Source: a bacterium (GTDB lineage: Bacteria > Omnitrophota > Gorgyraeia > Zapsychrales > Zapsychraceae). From it: DNA of 64,000 nucleotides. Position 1 is the stretch's first letter, and each line of letters opens with the position of its first letter. Under the pieces are notes generated by a model. The model was not told the origin of the DNA and did not search any database. It saw nothing but the letters and a program-made list of their open reading frames with translations. The stretch is from the NCBI GenBank assembly GCA_030429765.1, contig JAUIER010000021.1, positions 1,619 to 65,618 on the forward strand, written 5' to 3'. Below are positions 30,009 to 40,720 of this stretch, in pieces. A program made the position numbers and the translations under genes.

Positions 30009-30398
30009 CTATTTCCGAAACACCCACCATTTAAATACCACAAAGGTGAAAATAGCGGTTAACGCGGTGGCGATGATCAAGGCGGTTCGGACCCTCTCGG
30101 GATAGAAATATAGGATCAGCTGGTTGATCCCGATGTTGACAACCAGGGCCAAGGTGTTGGCGATGACAAAGCGGCCGACTTCATTGGCGGATTGTCCTTG
30201 AGATTCAAAGGTCCACATTTTATTTAGCAAATAACCTAATACGCCACCGGCCGTAAATGAGATCCCCTTGGCCAGCGCAGATGGCATCATCGGCTGAAGC
30301 AGCAAATACATCCCCATATCGGTTCCGACCACCAAAGCGCCGCTGACGGTGAACCGTATCATCTGCGTGGCTGTGTGACTGGATAGGGCCTCGCTCAT
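30009..30398 (-). CDS. GtrA-family membrane protein
   Basis: About 130 aa, 4 TM helices, GtrA-like conserved N and F positions. Confidence 0.5.
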   Translation of the reverse strand: MSEALSSHTATQMIRFTVSGALVVGTDMGMYLLLQPMMPSALAKGISFTAGGVLGYLLNKMWTFESQGQSANEVGRFVIANTLALVVNIGINQLILYFYPERVRTALIIATALTAIFTFVVFKWWVFRK

Positions 30399-30691
30399 GA
30401 AACAATGGCCTCCCCGATATACTTGATCAACTTGAACGGGAGCACAATGATTTCTTTGGCTCCCCAAATCACTGTTTTCAACAGACCATGATTTTCTTCC
30501 GTGGCAATTTCTGTTTCGATCGGTCGTGTGTGGCTGTTGGCTTCGGTGACCACCCCGCTTGTCCCCGTCGAATAAGTCGCGGTGGCAGTTGATTCGGCCT
30601 CAACGACGACTCCCCTGTCAACCTGAATAACCACACAGATAAACATCCCCATAACAATGCGAACTAAAAAATGTAGACGACGGATTTTCAT
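30395..30691 (-). CDS. small secreted hypothetical protein
   Basis: Start re-set to the ATG that has an AAGGAAGGA RBS; signal-peptide-like N-terminus. Confidence 0.35.
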   Translation of the reverse strand: MKIRRLHFLVRIVMGMFICVVIQVDRGVVVEAESTATATYSTGTSGVVTEANSHTRPIETEIATEENHGLLKTVIWGAKEIIVLPFKLIKYIGEAIVS

Positions 30692-30704
30692 AGTCGATCC
30701 TTCC

Positions 30705-31955
30705 TTAGGATATTGACTCAACATATTGTTGAATCTGGGATTGATAATGTCGTCCGCTTTGGCTTTCGCACAATTGTTTAAGATTCGTGACGATATGCTC
30801 CTTGATCTTGGGGTAGGATTCTCCGAAATGCAGGATCGGGTCGAACGCCTGGGACAGAAAATCACCATAGTCAAGAATTTGACTGACAATCTTCAATTGT
30901 CCTTCGCTGTCAAAATGCCGTCCACTGGGAACATGACGTTCTGACAGATGCTGTAAAGCGATCGTCAAATAATCGATACAAAGTATACTGACAAATGGTT
31001 CGTTCAGACCCGGGGACAAGGCGCGAACAGCAATGGAAACAATCCGTTGAATCGCAAAGGCATTATCCTGATGCACCGTTCGCACAGCGCCGAGAATACA
31101 GGCCTCACGGATACGGCATTCCGTCGATTCCTTGTCTTGATCCGGTGCGACAAATTGCCCTATTCGCTGCCCCTGTGTGACCAGATCTCCCGGCATGATA
31201 TCCAGTTCGATATATACCTCCGAATCCTCCACCAGCTCCGCCAGCATATCCAGGGCGATGGCCTGCACGTATCCATTCTCCTTGGCGTACAACGCCTGTC
31301 CTTGTTGGTCCATCTTATGTTTGAATCGCTGGTGCTGGGATTCATCCGGCCGATCGGCTGCCGTTTTCATTTCATCGAATTTTATCGGATACACGCGACC
31401 AAATCCTTCAATAAGTTCATTCGCCAGCTGCCGGGTAATTGTGTGCGGTTGTATTTGCAGCGTCACATGATGGATGAAGTAAATCAGTATACACAAGCTC
31501 CCCAGCGTAAGAAACAGACCGAGTGAAACGGAAATGTGCGGAACAAATGATCCGCTCTCGTGGTTACCGATGTTTCGCAGCACAAGCAGACAATAGATGA
31601 AAGTCGATACCAAAGTTCCCAGGACAAATTGCGTGACCCGGTCTCCCATAAAATGACGCATCACCTGCGGACCGTACTGGGACGAGGCCAGGGTGAATAC
31701 AACCATCGTCATCGAAAATAACAAACCGATCACCGTTATCAAAGATCCGACAATACTGCTCAGCAATTGCCGCGCCCCCTCAACGCTTCCAAACCGGAGC
31801 CAGGAAATATCCATTGCCCAGCTATCAGAAAGGGTCGAGCTGTCGATCGACATCGTCACCTTCAGGAGGATTAACACCCCGACGAGCATCAATGACGGGA
31901 TAAACCAGTAGCTCTGAATAATCGTGTTCCAGATGAGCATAATACGGTCGCGCAT
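30705..31955 (-). CDS. DUF2254 family membrane protein
   Basis: N-terminal TM bundle followed by a soluble domain. Confidence 0.5.
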   Translation of the reverse strand: MRDRIMLIWNTIIQSYWFIPSLMLVGVLILLKVTMSIDSSTLSDSWAMDISWLRFGSVEGARQLLSSIVGSLITVIGLLFSMTMVVFTLASSQYGPQVMRHFMGDRVTQFVLGTLVSTFIYCLLVLRNIGNHESGSFVPHISVSLGLFLTLGSLCILIYFIHHVTLQIQPHTITRQLANELIEGFGRVYPIKFDEMKTAADRPDESQHQRFKHKMDQQGQALYAKENGYVQAIALDMLAELVEDSEVYIELDIMPGDLVTQGQRIGQFVAPDQDKESTECRIREACILGAVRTVHQDNAFAIQRIVSIAVRALSPGLNEPFVSILCIDYLTIALQHLSERHVPSGRHFDSEGQLKIVSQILDYGDFLSQAFDPILHFGESYPKIKEHIVTNLKQLCESQSGRHYQSQIQQYVESIS

Positions 31956-31958
31956 ATC

Positions 31959-32867
31959 CTAAGTTCCCTTCCTGGATAGTTCGCTCACGACCGTGGACAG
32001 ACGTTCACCTCCCTTGATCCCGAAATCCAATGTGCGTATTGGGAATGGAATACAAATATCGCTTTGATTGTACGCCCGTTTGATGTGGCGAATCGCTTCA
32101 TCCCGGCCCTTAAGATAGTCTCTTTGCTTGTGGAATGTCACCCAGAAGTGGAGCTGAAAATTGATGGAGCTGTCACCGAATTCTTCAAAATACAATTCCA
32201 CCGGATGCGTTTGATCCAGATTCGAGACTTGCCGGACGGCCTTGATCGTGACATCCCGGACCTGCTCTAGATCATCACCGTATGAGACACCGACCGCCAG
32301 ATCAATCCGCCGCTTGCCCATTAAACTAAAATTAATCACCGCGTTTTCAAAAATCTGCTTATTGGGAATGAAGATGGACTGCCCCTGAAAGGTCCGCATC
32401 ATCGTGTCACGTAGATGTATCGCCTCGATCACACCGACTTGACCATTGGTCTCAATGATATCCCCCACGCGAAACGGATAGTCCTTACGGATGACCAGCG
32501 CGATTCCCGCGATAAAATTCGCAGCCACATCCTGAAACGCGAATCCGATCGCCAGTCCGACAATCCCGACACCCGCTAAAACGGAGAATACGGCCTCGTC
32601 GAGTTTCAGGATATTTATGGCCAGCAGAAAACCCATCAAAAAGGTACCCAACCGAACCAGGATCCCGACGAAATTGACCAGCGCTTTGTTGCTCACATAT
32701 TTGCGGAGGATTTTTTCAACAAGACTCCGGACAAATCCGGATATATAGTGAAAGGCGATGATGATCAAGCCGGCCAGCACGGCGTTTGGCAGGATCAGGA
32801 TCGCGCCCTGTATCCAGGATTCAAACTTGCCGCGCAGCAGCTCCAGGGAGTTACTGACATTTATCAT
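31959..32867 (-). CDS. mechanosensitive ion channel, MscS family
   Basis: 3 TM helices then the conserved MscS beta domain. Confidence 0.75.
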   Translation of the reverse strand: MINVSNSLELLRGKFESWIQGAILILPNAVLAGLIIIAFHYISGFVRSLVEKILRKYVSNKALVNFVGILVRLGTFLMGFLLAINILKLDEAVFSVLAGVGIVGLAIGFAFQDVAANFIAGIALVIRKDYPFRVGDIIETNGQVGVIEAIHLRDTMMRTFQGQSIFIPNKQIFENAVINFSLMGKRRIDLAVGVSYGDDLEQVRDVTIKAVRQVSNLDQTHPVELYFEEFGDSSINFQLHFWVTFHKQRDYLKGRDEAIRHIKRAYNQSDICIPFPIRTLDFGIKGGERLSTVVSELSRKGT

Positions 32868-32934
32868 ATCACACCTCCCACGCCTGACGTGCGGCCACTG
32901 AGTTGATTAGATGGCAGTTGTTCGAACATCATTA

Positions 32935-33285
32935 TTATCCTCCATGCGCTTCTTCATCGAGTTTTTCCTGACATTCAATGCAATGCTCCGCATAGGGTAT
33001 CGCCTTAAGTCGTTCTATGTTGATATCCTCACCGCAGGCAATACACTGACCGAACGTACCGGTCTCAATCCGGCCGAGCGCCTTTTGGATCATCTCGATC
33101 TCTTCGACCTCATGATCCCGTTTCAGCTCCGCCAGATCCTTGTTCTGGTGATGCGCGGTGGCTTCACCTGAATCCTGCGGCAATTTTTTTTGAAGCTGAT
33201 CGCTGTGCCGGTCTTTGATGGCTTGTAACTCCGTGATCTTATCTTCCAATTTGGATTGGATTTGACTGATAAATTTTTGGTCCAT
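32935..33285 (-). CDS. DksA/TraR-family C4 zinc-finger protein (second copy)
   Basis: CIACGEDI...CIECQ zinc finger. Confidence 0.7.
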   Translation of the reverse strand: MDQKFISQIQSKLEDKITELQAIKDRHSDQLQKKLPQDSGEATAHHQNKDLAELKRDHEVEEIEMIQKALGRIETGTFGQCIACGEDINIERLKAIPYAEHCIECQEKLDEEAHGG

Positions 33286-33584
33286 TATTTAGCCTTCGCT
33301 GTTTTTTTGGTTGCGGATTTCGCATACCCACGTTTGATGGATTCCCATTCCCGTGTGGTTTTGGCTTTGCTGAGTTTCTTGGTCGTTTTATCTAATTCTT
33401 CGGACAACGTGACACTAACGATCTGACTCGTGTTAAAAACCACTTCGACCTTTTTATTTTGAAGGGCAACAACATAATCCTTGCCGACTTCCTGAATCAC
33501 GTACCCAGCCTTGAGATTGGTCGTGTCTTTGATAATCACCTTTCTGTTCTTGAGCTTTTTGAGCACTTCCTGCCATGATTTCAT
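33285..33584 (-). CDS. hypothetical protein with a Lys-rich C-terminal tail
   Basis: Start reset to the ATG with a GGAAGGGAG RBS. Confidence 0.35.
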   Translation of the reverse strand: MKSWQEVLKKLKNRKVIIKDTTNLKAGYVIQEVGKDYVVALQNKKVEVVFNTSQIVSVTLSEELDKTTKKLSKAKTTREWESIKRGYAKSATKKTAKAK

Positions 33585-33644
33585 ATCTCTCTCCCTTCCG
33601 ATCGATGGATTACATTGATCCATCATCTGTGATATTAATCGTGA

Positions 33645-34916
33645 TTACTGATTGTCAATAAAGGCTGTCGCCGAGGCATGCATAAAATTCCGGAGCAGTT
33701 TGGCTTGAGTCTCCAACTTATTCAGGGTGCGATGCCACGGGCTGTCCTCGACGCTGGAGTTTTTGGGTCGTGTTTCAAGGACCCGGTCGTATAACTTGAG
33801 GGCACCGTCCACACATCGCTGAACGTCATACAATTCGGCCGTCTTTTTGGCGTTTCGAGCCAAGGCCCCACGCTTCTGCGGGGACTGTGACGTCAACCAT
33901 CTAAGGGCAGCGACAAACTGATCCGTATCTTCCTCCTGGACCAGACATCCGTTTTTCCTGTCTTCGATGATATCCCGCACGCCCGGGGCGTCCACGCCCA
34001 CCACGGGAGTACCCGCCGCCATGGATTCAGCCAGGACAAGTCCCTGCGTCTCACTCTGCGAGGCAAACGCAAAGACATCCAGGCCGGTGTAGGCGCTGAC
34101 AAGTTGACGGTTGCGCAGCACTCCGGTGCAGACAAGCCGTTCGGACAAGTCATGTTTTTTAAAGACCTCCTGAAGTTCACCGAGCGATGGTCCGCTTCCG
34201 ACCACTACAAAATAGGCGTCGTCGTGGTCCTTCATAAATGCCGCGACACTCTCGGCAAGAAAAATAACATTCTTTTCCGGCGCGACGCGACCAATGATTC
34301 CAATGACAAACGCATCCAGAGGAATATCAAAGAATCGTCTAAACGTACGCCCGTCACCTTCTTTGAAATTGTCGACATAAATACCGGTCGGCAATACCTC
34401 GATAGGTGTCCTGACATTATGCGATTTGAGCAGCTCCGCCACACTTTGACTCGGCGCGATGACTTGATCGCAGAGATTGGCGTATCCTTTGGCCAATTCC
34501 ACGACAAACTTTTTGACCGCCTGCGAATCGCCGGCCGGCAGGTAATGTGTATTCTTGGCGTACAGCGTGTGATTGGTAAAGACGATGGGGATATTAAAAC
34601 GTGTTGCCGCGCGCAGCGCTGTGTCACCGATCAAAAACGGATGATGGGTGTGAATGATATCCGGTTGAAATTGTTTCAGGGTGTGATTGAGATCCGTACT
34701 GATCGGCAATTCGATCGAAAAATCCGTATCAGAAATATTCTTGATCGCCGGGACACGAAATACACCCTCTTCGTGTTTCGGTACACCTTCGCTCTCAGGC
34801 GCAACAATCAGGACATTGTGACCACGGCCGCGATATTCCGATGAGAAAACCTCGACCGACTTTTCCAGTCCTCCGACGATCGGATGATACGTATTTGTCA
34901 TCATGACGATATTCAC
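33645..34916 (-). CDS. glycosyltransferase family 4 (GT-B, retaining)
   Basis: N-terminal Gly-rich motif (TYHPIVGGLEK) and C-terminal E-x7-E region (GLVLAESMAAGTPVVG). Confidence 0.75.
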   Translation of the reverse strand: MNIVMMTNTYHPIVGGLEKSVEVFSSEYRGRGHNVLIVAPESEGVPKHEEGVFRVPAIKNISDTDFSIELPISTDLNHTLKQFQPDIIHTHHPFLIGDTALRAATRFNIPIVFTNHTLYAKNTHYLPAGDSQAVKKFVVELAKGYANLCDQVIAPSQSVAELLKSHNVRTPIEVLPTGIYVDNFKEGDGRTFRRFFDIPLDAFVIGIIGRVAPEKNVIFLAESVAAFMKDHDDAYFVVVGSGPSLGELQEVFKKHDLSERLVCTGVLRNRQLVSAYTGLDVFAFASQSETQGLVLAESMAAGTPVVGVDAPGVRDIIEDRKNGCLVQEEDTDQFVAALRWLTSQSPQKRGALARNAKKTAELYDVQRCVDGALKLYDRVLETRPKNSSVEDSPWHRTLNKLETQAKLLRNFMHASATAFIDNQ

Positions 34917-34920
34917 CGTG

Positions 34921-37200
34921 TTACACCTCCTTATCCGTTGCTGGATGGTTTATTCGATCAATGGTTAACCGACCTCGGGTTTCGCTGGCCTTCACCGGCT
35001 CCATAAACGGCATGTCAATCGTGATCGATGGCGCCTCTCCATGGTGATCGAGGTCCCAGGTGATTTCAACGTTTTCTTCCCGACGCTGTATGGAAATGTC
35101 AATCACCCCCATGGTCGTATAGGCCGAATTCAACTGGATGGGACGGTCCTCTTCAAGCCACGCCAGATCAATGCCTGATCCCAGGACCAGGGTCCGATCC
35201 TGCTCAATCTCCCGCACAAAACAATTGCGGATCATCATGATCCATTCCGTGGAGGCCCATGTGTGTTGACCATCGCCCATGCATCCGCCGCGGGTGATCG
35301 GATGAACAGCCTCGGGCCATTGTCCCGTCGGCGAAGCCAGTTCCGCGATACCGCTGATCAGCTCAAAACATTTGGGATCCTTGGCCTGAAGAAGAATCTG
35401 GGCCAGGTGCATGGTCAGATACGGATTGATGCCGGAATGGCTCATATCATGGAACAGCCCGTTATGGACCAGACAATTGTCGGCCAGGTATTGAGCCGTA
35501 TCCAATACGCGAACATCCTTCTGGATATGCAACTGTAACGGATAGGCACAGACCAGGGAACCCACCGCGGATGAATCCAGCCGTCGATAGGGTGATGACG
35601 GAATCGCCAACCGTCCCAGGCGATGGGTCGCGGCCTGAAGGCTGGCGTCGACGGCGGACCGTAACGCGTTGGCGGTTTCCAGGCATAAGAGTTCGACTTC
35701 GTCTTCCCCATAAGATTTTGACAAGAACGCTCCGGCTTCAAGTCCCGCGATGCTCCAAAAGTTATCCCAGTAGTAAAAGTCATTGGGACCAAAATGTTCC
35801 GCGCTGAAGCCCGACGGCATCAGCCCCGCATGCGGTTGATCGAGCTCGTCTGACAATCGCTTACGAACGATCCAGCGAATACCTTTGTGGATCATCGGTT
35901 TCCAGGCTGCCTTGGGTGCTTGATGGGTGATTCGGCAAAACTGTTCGATCAGCCACAGCACCTGACCATTGGAATCCCATTCGCCTTCTTGCGATTCAAA
36001 ATATCCGGATGCCTTTTGACGTTTTTCAAACCCATCAATAATCCGTTCGGCCCGCTCGTGATAGCCTGTGCATAACAGACCATAAGTGATGTAGACGGCA
36101 TCCCGAAACCAAAACCGCTTGTATACGTATGGTCCGGCAAAAACATCTCCGGCGGTGTGGGCCAATAAGTTTCGAACGGACGCTTCAAAGAGATACGCGT
36201 AGTTTTTGTAGGGCAATTCCAACTGGCACCCCGTGTCACGGTATTCGCTCCAGCGTGACTGATACGTCGAATCAAAATCAGGGGCTGTATCCGGATTTTC
36301 CAACGGGATCTGCACCGATGTTTCAAACTCCGTACCCGGTTTCAGACGATAAACCGCTGCCCCTGAACACATTTCCATCGGGCAATCGATATCGAGCGGA
36401 TCTGACGCTTGACTGATTCGATCATACACATCCCCTTTCTCGAAATTGGAAAGGGCAAAATGATCCGGTTGGTCTTTGAAGTGAACCCAATGCTCATGAT
36501 TGACCTGCATTGACGGGCGTTTGGGATCGACATGGATTTCCCTGATAAGACTCACCCCCTCTGGGTTGTAAGGTCGTACCGACAGACAAAACCAGGCATC
36601 CCGCTCACATTTGGCCGTGTATCGGATGTCACACGCCGGCTCGCCATTGACCATCGTCAACTGAGCGGTTGAACCAATCTGCTTGTTCGTCCGTTGACTG
36701 TTCGTGACAACAGCATTGTCGTGCTCAAAGTCCACGATCTGCTCCACAGCGGCAAGCCTTGAAGGAATCAGGTCGTCGCCGTGGGGTTCACAGATCCACG
36801 CATCTATGGACCATCCATCCCACAAAGGGGTTATCAATCCCCGCGGATCAATCAATGGTGTCTCGGCCTGATCAGGCAGCGTTAGCGCTGTCCAGTTGCG
36901 ATGGGTCAGATTGATGTGAGTTAAAGAAAAAGAGCGCGGGATAAAAGACGGATTGGTCGGATCAAACTGCTGATGGATCCAGAACGGCCAGATCCAATCC
37001 AGATTATGCTGGATGACCTGAGCATTGAGCAATCCGCGGGCATGTAAAACCGCCGTCGCCCGCAGCAGTTCGGTGGGAGCCAACACCTCAGATGGTTGAG
37101 AGAAACGGCTGACCTTCGTGAATAGACTGAAAGGATCGAGAAATCCATGGGCCTTGGTGGCTTTCTGGATCATATTTTTCCAAATGAAATTTTGCAGCAT
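34921..37200 (-). CDS. large glycoside hydrolase, six-hairpin (alpha/alpha)6 type (GH63/GDE-like); specificity unknown
   Basis: 759 aa Trp/Asp-rich soluble protein adjacent to the GT4 gene; only weak recognisable motifs. Confidence 0.35.
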   Translation of the reverse strand: MLQNFIWKNMIQKATKAHGFLDPFSLFTKVSRFSQPSEVLAPTELLRATAVLHARGLLNAQVIQHNLDWIWPFWIHQQFDPTNPSFIPRSFSLTHINLTHRNWTALTLPDQAETPLIDPRGLITPLWDGWSIDAWICEPHGDDLIPSRLAAVEQIVDFEHDNAVVTNSQRTNKQIGSTAQLTMVNGEPACDIRYTAKCERDAWFCLSVRPYNPEGVSLIREIHVDPKRPSMQVNHEHWVHFKDQPDHFALSNFEKGDVYDRISQASDPLDIDCPMEMCSGAAVYRLKPGTEFETSVQIPLENPDTAPDFDSTYQSRWSEYRDTGCQLELPYKNYAYLFEASVRNLLAHTAGDVFAGPYVYKRFWFRDAVYITYGLLCTGYHERAERIIDGFEKRQKASGYFESQEGEWDSNGQVLWLIEQFCRITHQAPKAAWKPMIHKGIRWIVRKRLSDELDQPHAGLMPSGFSAEHFGPNDFYYWDNFWSIAGLEAGAFLSKSYGEDEVELLCLETANALRSAVDASLQAATHRLGRLAIPSSPYRRLDSSAVGSLVCAYPLQLHIQKDVRVLDTAQYLADNCLVHNGLFHDMSHSGINPYLTMHLAQILLQAKDPKCFELISGIAELASPTGQWPEAVHPITRGGCMGDGQHTWASTEWIMMIRNCFVREIEQDRTLVLGSGIDLAWLEEDRPIQLNSAYTTMGVIDISIQRREENVEITWDLDHHGEAPSITIDMPFMEPVKASETRGRLTIDRINHPATDKEV

Positions 37201-37303
37201 TAATTCGCCTTCCCCTATTTACGTCCTGGTTTACCCTGGAGTCTCGTGGACTTGATCTCGTCCGCCTTGCCGTACTCGGATTTTTACGGTATGATCGGGC
37301 CGT

Positions 37304-39427
37304 ATGAAAAATTTTATTGGCCCCATTTTATTGTGGTTCTTGCTAACGACTACCATTTCCGCGTTGAGTGCACGGCTGTTTTTCCAGCGGGTCGATCTGA
37401 CGCCGGATGTTGATCAAAATTTTTTCTTTGCCAGTGACGATCCCCACATTCAGACCGAAGAACGTATTTCGGCCCTTTTCAAACGTCAGGATTCGCAGCT
37501 GATAATCAGCATCCACGGCCATATCGATTCGCCTGAGTACTTTGGTACGATTGAAACGCTGTCAGCTCAACTCGCGACCATCGACGGGGTCGTCAGCCTC
37601 AAAAGCATTGCCTCCGGCCCCAAAAACCTCAAAGACGCCCGGCAAAGCCCGCTGTGGAATCGTATACTGGTGTCGGATGATCAGCGCTCGACAAATATCA
37701 TCCTCTTCATCGACGAGGCCATGCTTTCCAGCATTATAGACCCGGTCGAATTGCAGTTACAAGCAATAATCCCGGAATCGAAGTTTACCCTCTCGGGCCA
37801 GCCCTATATCGTGCATCAAATCCGGAAGAATCTGTCGCATGACGTCAAGCGTTTCTCTGCGCTGACGCTGACCGTCTTCGGTGCGTGGGTGCTTATCCTC
37901 TACCGCTCTGTATGGTTGCTGACGGGAATGCTCATTTGCTGCCTGAATGTCATTGCCTGGACGTTTATTGCCACCGATTATCTGCACGTTCCTTTGGGTA
38001 TCCTGACAGCGAATTTGTCGAGCATGGTGTTTGTCGTTACATTTTCCCATATTATTTATCTCACATACAACTGGAAGCGGATCAAGGACGCCAAAAAAAG
38101 GATGTCACGCCTTATCATGGCTATTCGGCAAACATGGCCGGCTTCGTTCTGGAGTATGGCTACCACCGTCGCGGGCTTTAGCTCCCTGATGTTTGTTCCG
38201 GCCAAGCCTTTGCGGGACCTGGGTGTGGCCGGCGTCGCCGGAACGTTGATCGCCTTGGTCTTGACGTACGCGATCTATCCGCTCTTTCTCTTGATGACCC
38301 GGCAGCCCGAAATATCTCCATCACATCAACCGCTGTACGACATGTTAGACAAACAGTCCAGCCGCCTGCGATCTGTCGCGGTCACGCTGGTCTTGATGTC
38401 GATCCCCGGTCTGTTTTACCTCAATACCGATCCGAGCATGCTGCAATTTTTTAGTCCCCGCAGCCCGATTCACCGGGGACTCAGCTACATTGACCGCAAC
38501 GGCGGCAGTAGTCCATTGAATCTGGTGATCAAGGCCGATGACGGCAGCACCCTCGATTCCCAAGCGGCCTATGAACGGATGTGGCGCCTGCAGACACAAC
38601 TGGAAGCCCTGCCGTCCGTGGGCTCGGTGATCTCTTTGCCGGTGCTGATGGCCGAGGCCAAACAGGAACCCCTGGCCATCTTTCTGGTATGGGACTGGCT
38701 GCTCGACATTCTGGACAAGCCTAAATATGAACGGATCGCCCAGAGCTTTATCTCTCAAGATCGGACTCACGGGATGTTTTATCTGCGAATGAACGAACAG
38801 CTTCGTCAGAAATCACGCCTCGATGTCATCGGCGACATTCACCGAATCACCCGGAGCAATGGATTCGAACCCAACTTAACCGGCGGTGTTTACTATCTTC
38901 AGGCGCAACTGTCGCGCCTGGTGGTGACAAGCCTCAAGGATGGATTACTCAAGCTGCTGTTGGTTTTTCTGCTCGTTGGACTGGTTCTCAACCGCTCGAT
39001 CCGCGGCGCGTTGGCCATGGCCAGCTGTGTGTTAATTGCCCCGCTGGTTATTCTCGGGGTATTCGGTTTCTATCAGATTCCACTAGATATTATTTCCTCA
39101 CCCGCCTCGAATATCGCGATGGCGATCGGTGTGGACGCGTTGCTGCATTTGACGGCGGCCTATCGTCGGCATCGGCGCGACACGGATTCTCTGCAGGAGG
39201 CCTGGCAGTCTGCCCGGCGTGAGATGTGGCCGCCCATCATGGCCTCAACAACAGTTGTCATCGTCGGTTTCGCCATGCTTCTATGCTCCGGCTTTCCGCC
39301 AACGCAACGCTTTGGTTTGGCCGTGATCATCGGTACAGTCATCGCGGGTGGTGCGGCTATGTTCGTCTACCCCCGCCTGTGCCAGACATCCAAGCCGCTG
39401 GTTGATGATCAATCGTCATCAGCATAA
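37304..39427 (+). CDS. RND-superfamily MMPL/HpnN-like exporter (two SSD-type TM bundles)
   Basis: 707 aa, 12 TM helices in a 1+5 / 1+5 arrangement. Confidence 0.65.
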   Translation: MKNFIGPILLWFLLTTTISALSARLFFQRVDLTPDVDQNFFFASDDPHIQTEERISALFKRQDSQLIISIHGHIDSPEYFGTIETLSAQLATIDGVVSLKSIASGPKNLKDARQSPLWNRILVSDDQRSTNIILFIDEAMLSSIIDPVELQLQAIIPESKFTLSGQPYIVHQIRKNLSHDVKRFSALTLTVFGAWVLILYRSVWLLTGMLICCLNVIAWTFIATDYLHVPLGILTANLSSMVFVVTFSHIIYLTYNWKRIKDAKKRMSRLIMAIRQTWPASFWSMATTVAGFSSLMFVPAKPLRDLGVAGVAGTLIALVLTYAIYPLFLLMTRQPEISPSHQPLYDMLDKQSSRLRSVAVTLVLMSIPGLFYLNTDPSMLQFFSPRSPIHRGLSYIDRNGGSSPLNLVIKADDGSTLDSQAAYERMWRLQTQLEALPSVGSVISLPVLMAEAKQEPLAIFLVWDWLLDILDKPKYERIAQSFISQDRTHGMFYLRMNEQLRQKSRLDVIGDIHRITRSNGFEPNLTGGVYYLQAQLSRLVVTSLKDGLLKLLLVFLLVGLVLNRSIRGALAMASCVLIAPLVILGVFGFYQIPLDIISSPASNIAMAIGVDALLHLTAAYRRHRRDTDSLQEAWQSARREMWPPIMASTTVVIVGFAMLLCSGFPPTQRFGLAVIIGTVIAGGAAMFVYPRLCQTSKPLVDDQSSSA

Positions 39428-39431
39428 GTGA

Positions 39432-40334
39432 TTAACCCGCCGTCTCTTGAAGTTGATTAACATTGAGGTCGATCGACGCCCTGTGCTCAGACTTTTGTTT
39501 GCCGATAAACAGGGTGCGATGCGGAAACGGAATCTCGATGCCATGTTGATCGAACACCTTTTTAAGCCGCTTGTTGAACTCACGGGCCACTCCCCATTGT
39601 TTTATCGGCTTGGTCTTGGTACGTGCCTTGATAATAAGCGCCGAATCAGCGAATTCGTCCAAACCCAGTATTTCGATCGGCTCCAGAATATCTTCCTTAT
39701 AGTTCGAATCCGCTCTCAGGTCACGGTCGACTTGTTTGACCAGATCGATCACTTGATCGATATCTTCTTGGTAAGATACGCCGATATCAAAGACATACCG
39801 CGAGTACTCCTTGGTCATATTGGTGACTGTGTCAATCTCGCCGTTCCGCACGAAGTGGACGTTACCGGCCAGGTCACGCAGGATCACCATACGCAACGTA
39901 ACCTTCTCGACCAGTCCGCTTTTTCCACCAATCTCGACGACGTCGCCCACACGGATTTGATCTTCCAGGAAGATAAAGAAACCGCTGATAATATCCTCCA
40001 CCAGTTTCTGAGCGCCAAAACCAACAGCCACCCCCACGACACCGGCCGCAGCAATAATCGGTCCGATATTGATACCCAATTCCTGCAGGATCATCATAAA
40101 CGCCACCGCAAATATGATGATATTGACCGCGTTTCGGATAAGATTGCTGACCGTGTCGGTTCGTTTCTGAGATTCGACACTATCATTGTGCCCTTTATAT
40201 AAGTTAAATATTTTGTTCGCGACGACTCCGGTGAGCTTTACTGCGATTAGCATCAGTAGCAGAATTAATGCTATTTGTAATCCGCTGGTGAGCAGCCACC
40301 CGGCCGCTTTCTCGATCAATTGTGAAACGTCCAT
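39432..40334 (-). CDS. mechanosensitive ion channel, MscS family (second copy)
   Basis: 3 TM helices plus the conserved MscS core. Confidence 0.75.
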   Translation of the reverse strand: MDVSQLIEKAAGWLLTSGLQIALILLLMLIAVKLTGVVANKIFNLYKGHNDSVESQKRTDTVSNLIRNAVNIIIFAVAFMMILQELGINIGPIIAAAGVVGVAVGFGAQKLVEDIISGFFIFLEDQIRVGDVVEIGGKSGLVEKVTLRMVILRDLAGNVHFVRNGEIDTVTNMTKEYSRYVFDIGVSYQEDIDQVIDLVKQVDRDLRADSNYKEDILEPIEILGLDEFADSALIIKARTKTKPIKQWGVAREFNKRLKKVFDQHGIEIPFPHRTLFIGKQKSEHRASIDLNVNQLQETAG

Positions 40335-40350
40335 CGTTAACTCCCTTCGA

Positions 40351-40707
40351 TTACTCTAAGTATTCTCCGTGCCAGTCTTCCCAAACGAATTTGGGTTCGA
40401 TGAGCGGGTCCTTGAATTCGTCCGGCCAATTGAATGGAAACGTCAAAGTTTCCAATACGCCCGCTCCCAACCGAAGGCCGGTTCCGGCAAAGCCCTTGAC
40501 CAATCCGATTGTCCAACCTTTGGCCACGCCCTGGCTCCGGGAGGTGAGATCGATCCCTCTGGCAATCTCGATGGGTGACGATACAGCGTTCACGACACCG
40601 CGACTGAGCTTGTCATGCCAGCGATACTCCTCCAATAAATCCGCACTGACGGGACTGGCGATTAGTACAAAACCGGCGGCTATAGCCAGTAATTGTCTTG
40701 TATGCAT
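40351..40707 (-). CDS. secreted hypothetical protein
   Basis: Start reset to the ATG with an AAGGAGG RBS; signal peptide. Confidence 0.4.
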   Translation of the reverse strand: MHTRQLLAIAAGFVLIASPVSADLLEEYRWHDKLSRGVVNAVSSPIEIARGIDLTSRSQGVAKGWTIGLVKGFAGTGLRLGAGVLETLTFPFNWPDEFKDPLIEPKFVWEDWHGEYLE

Positions 40708-40720
40708 TACGCTTTCCTCC

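Noticed and set aside
34104-34844. 246-aa plus-strand ORF
   Set aside because: Antisense to the GT4 glycosyltransferase; low-complexity, Arg-rich translation
39447-40202. 251-aa plus-strand ORF
   Set aside because: Antisense to the MscS gene 39432-40334, which has clear family motifs
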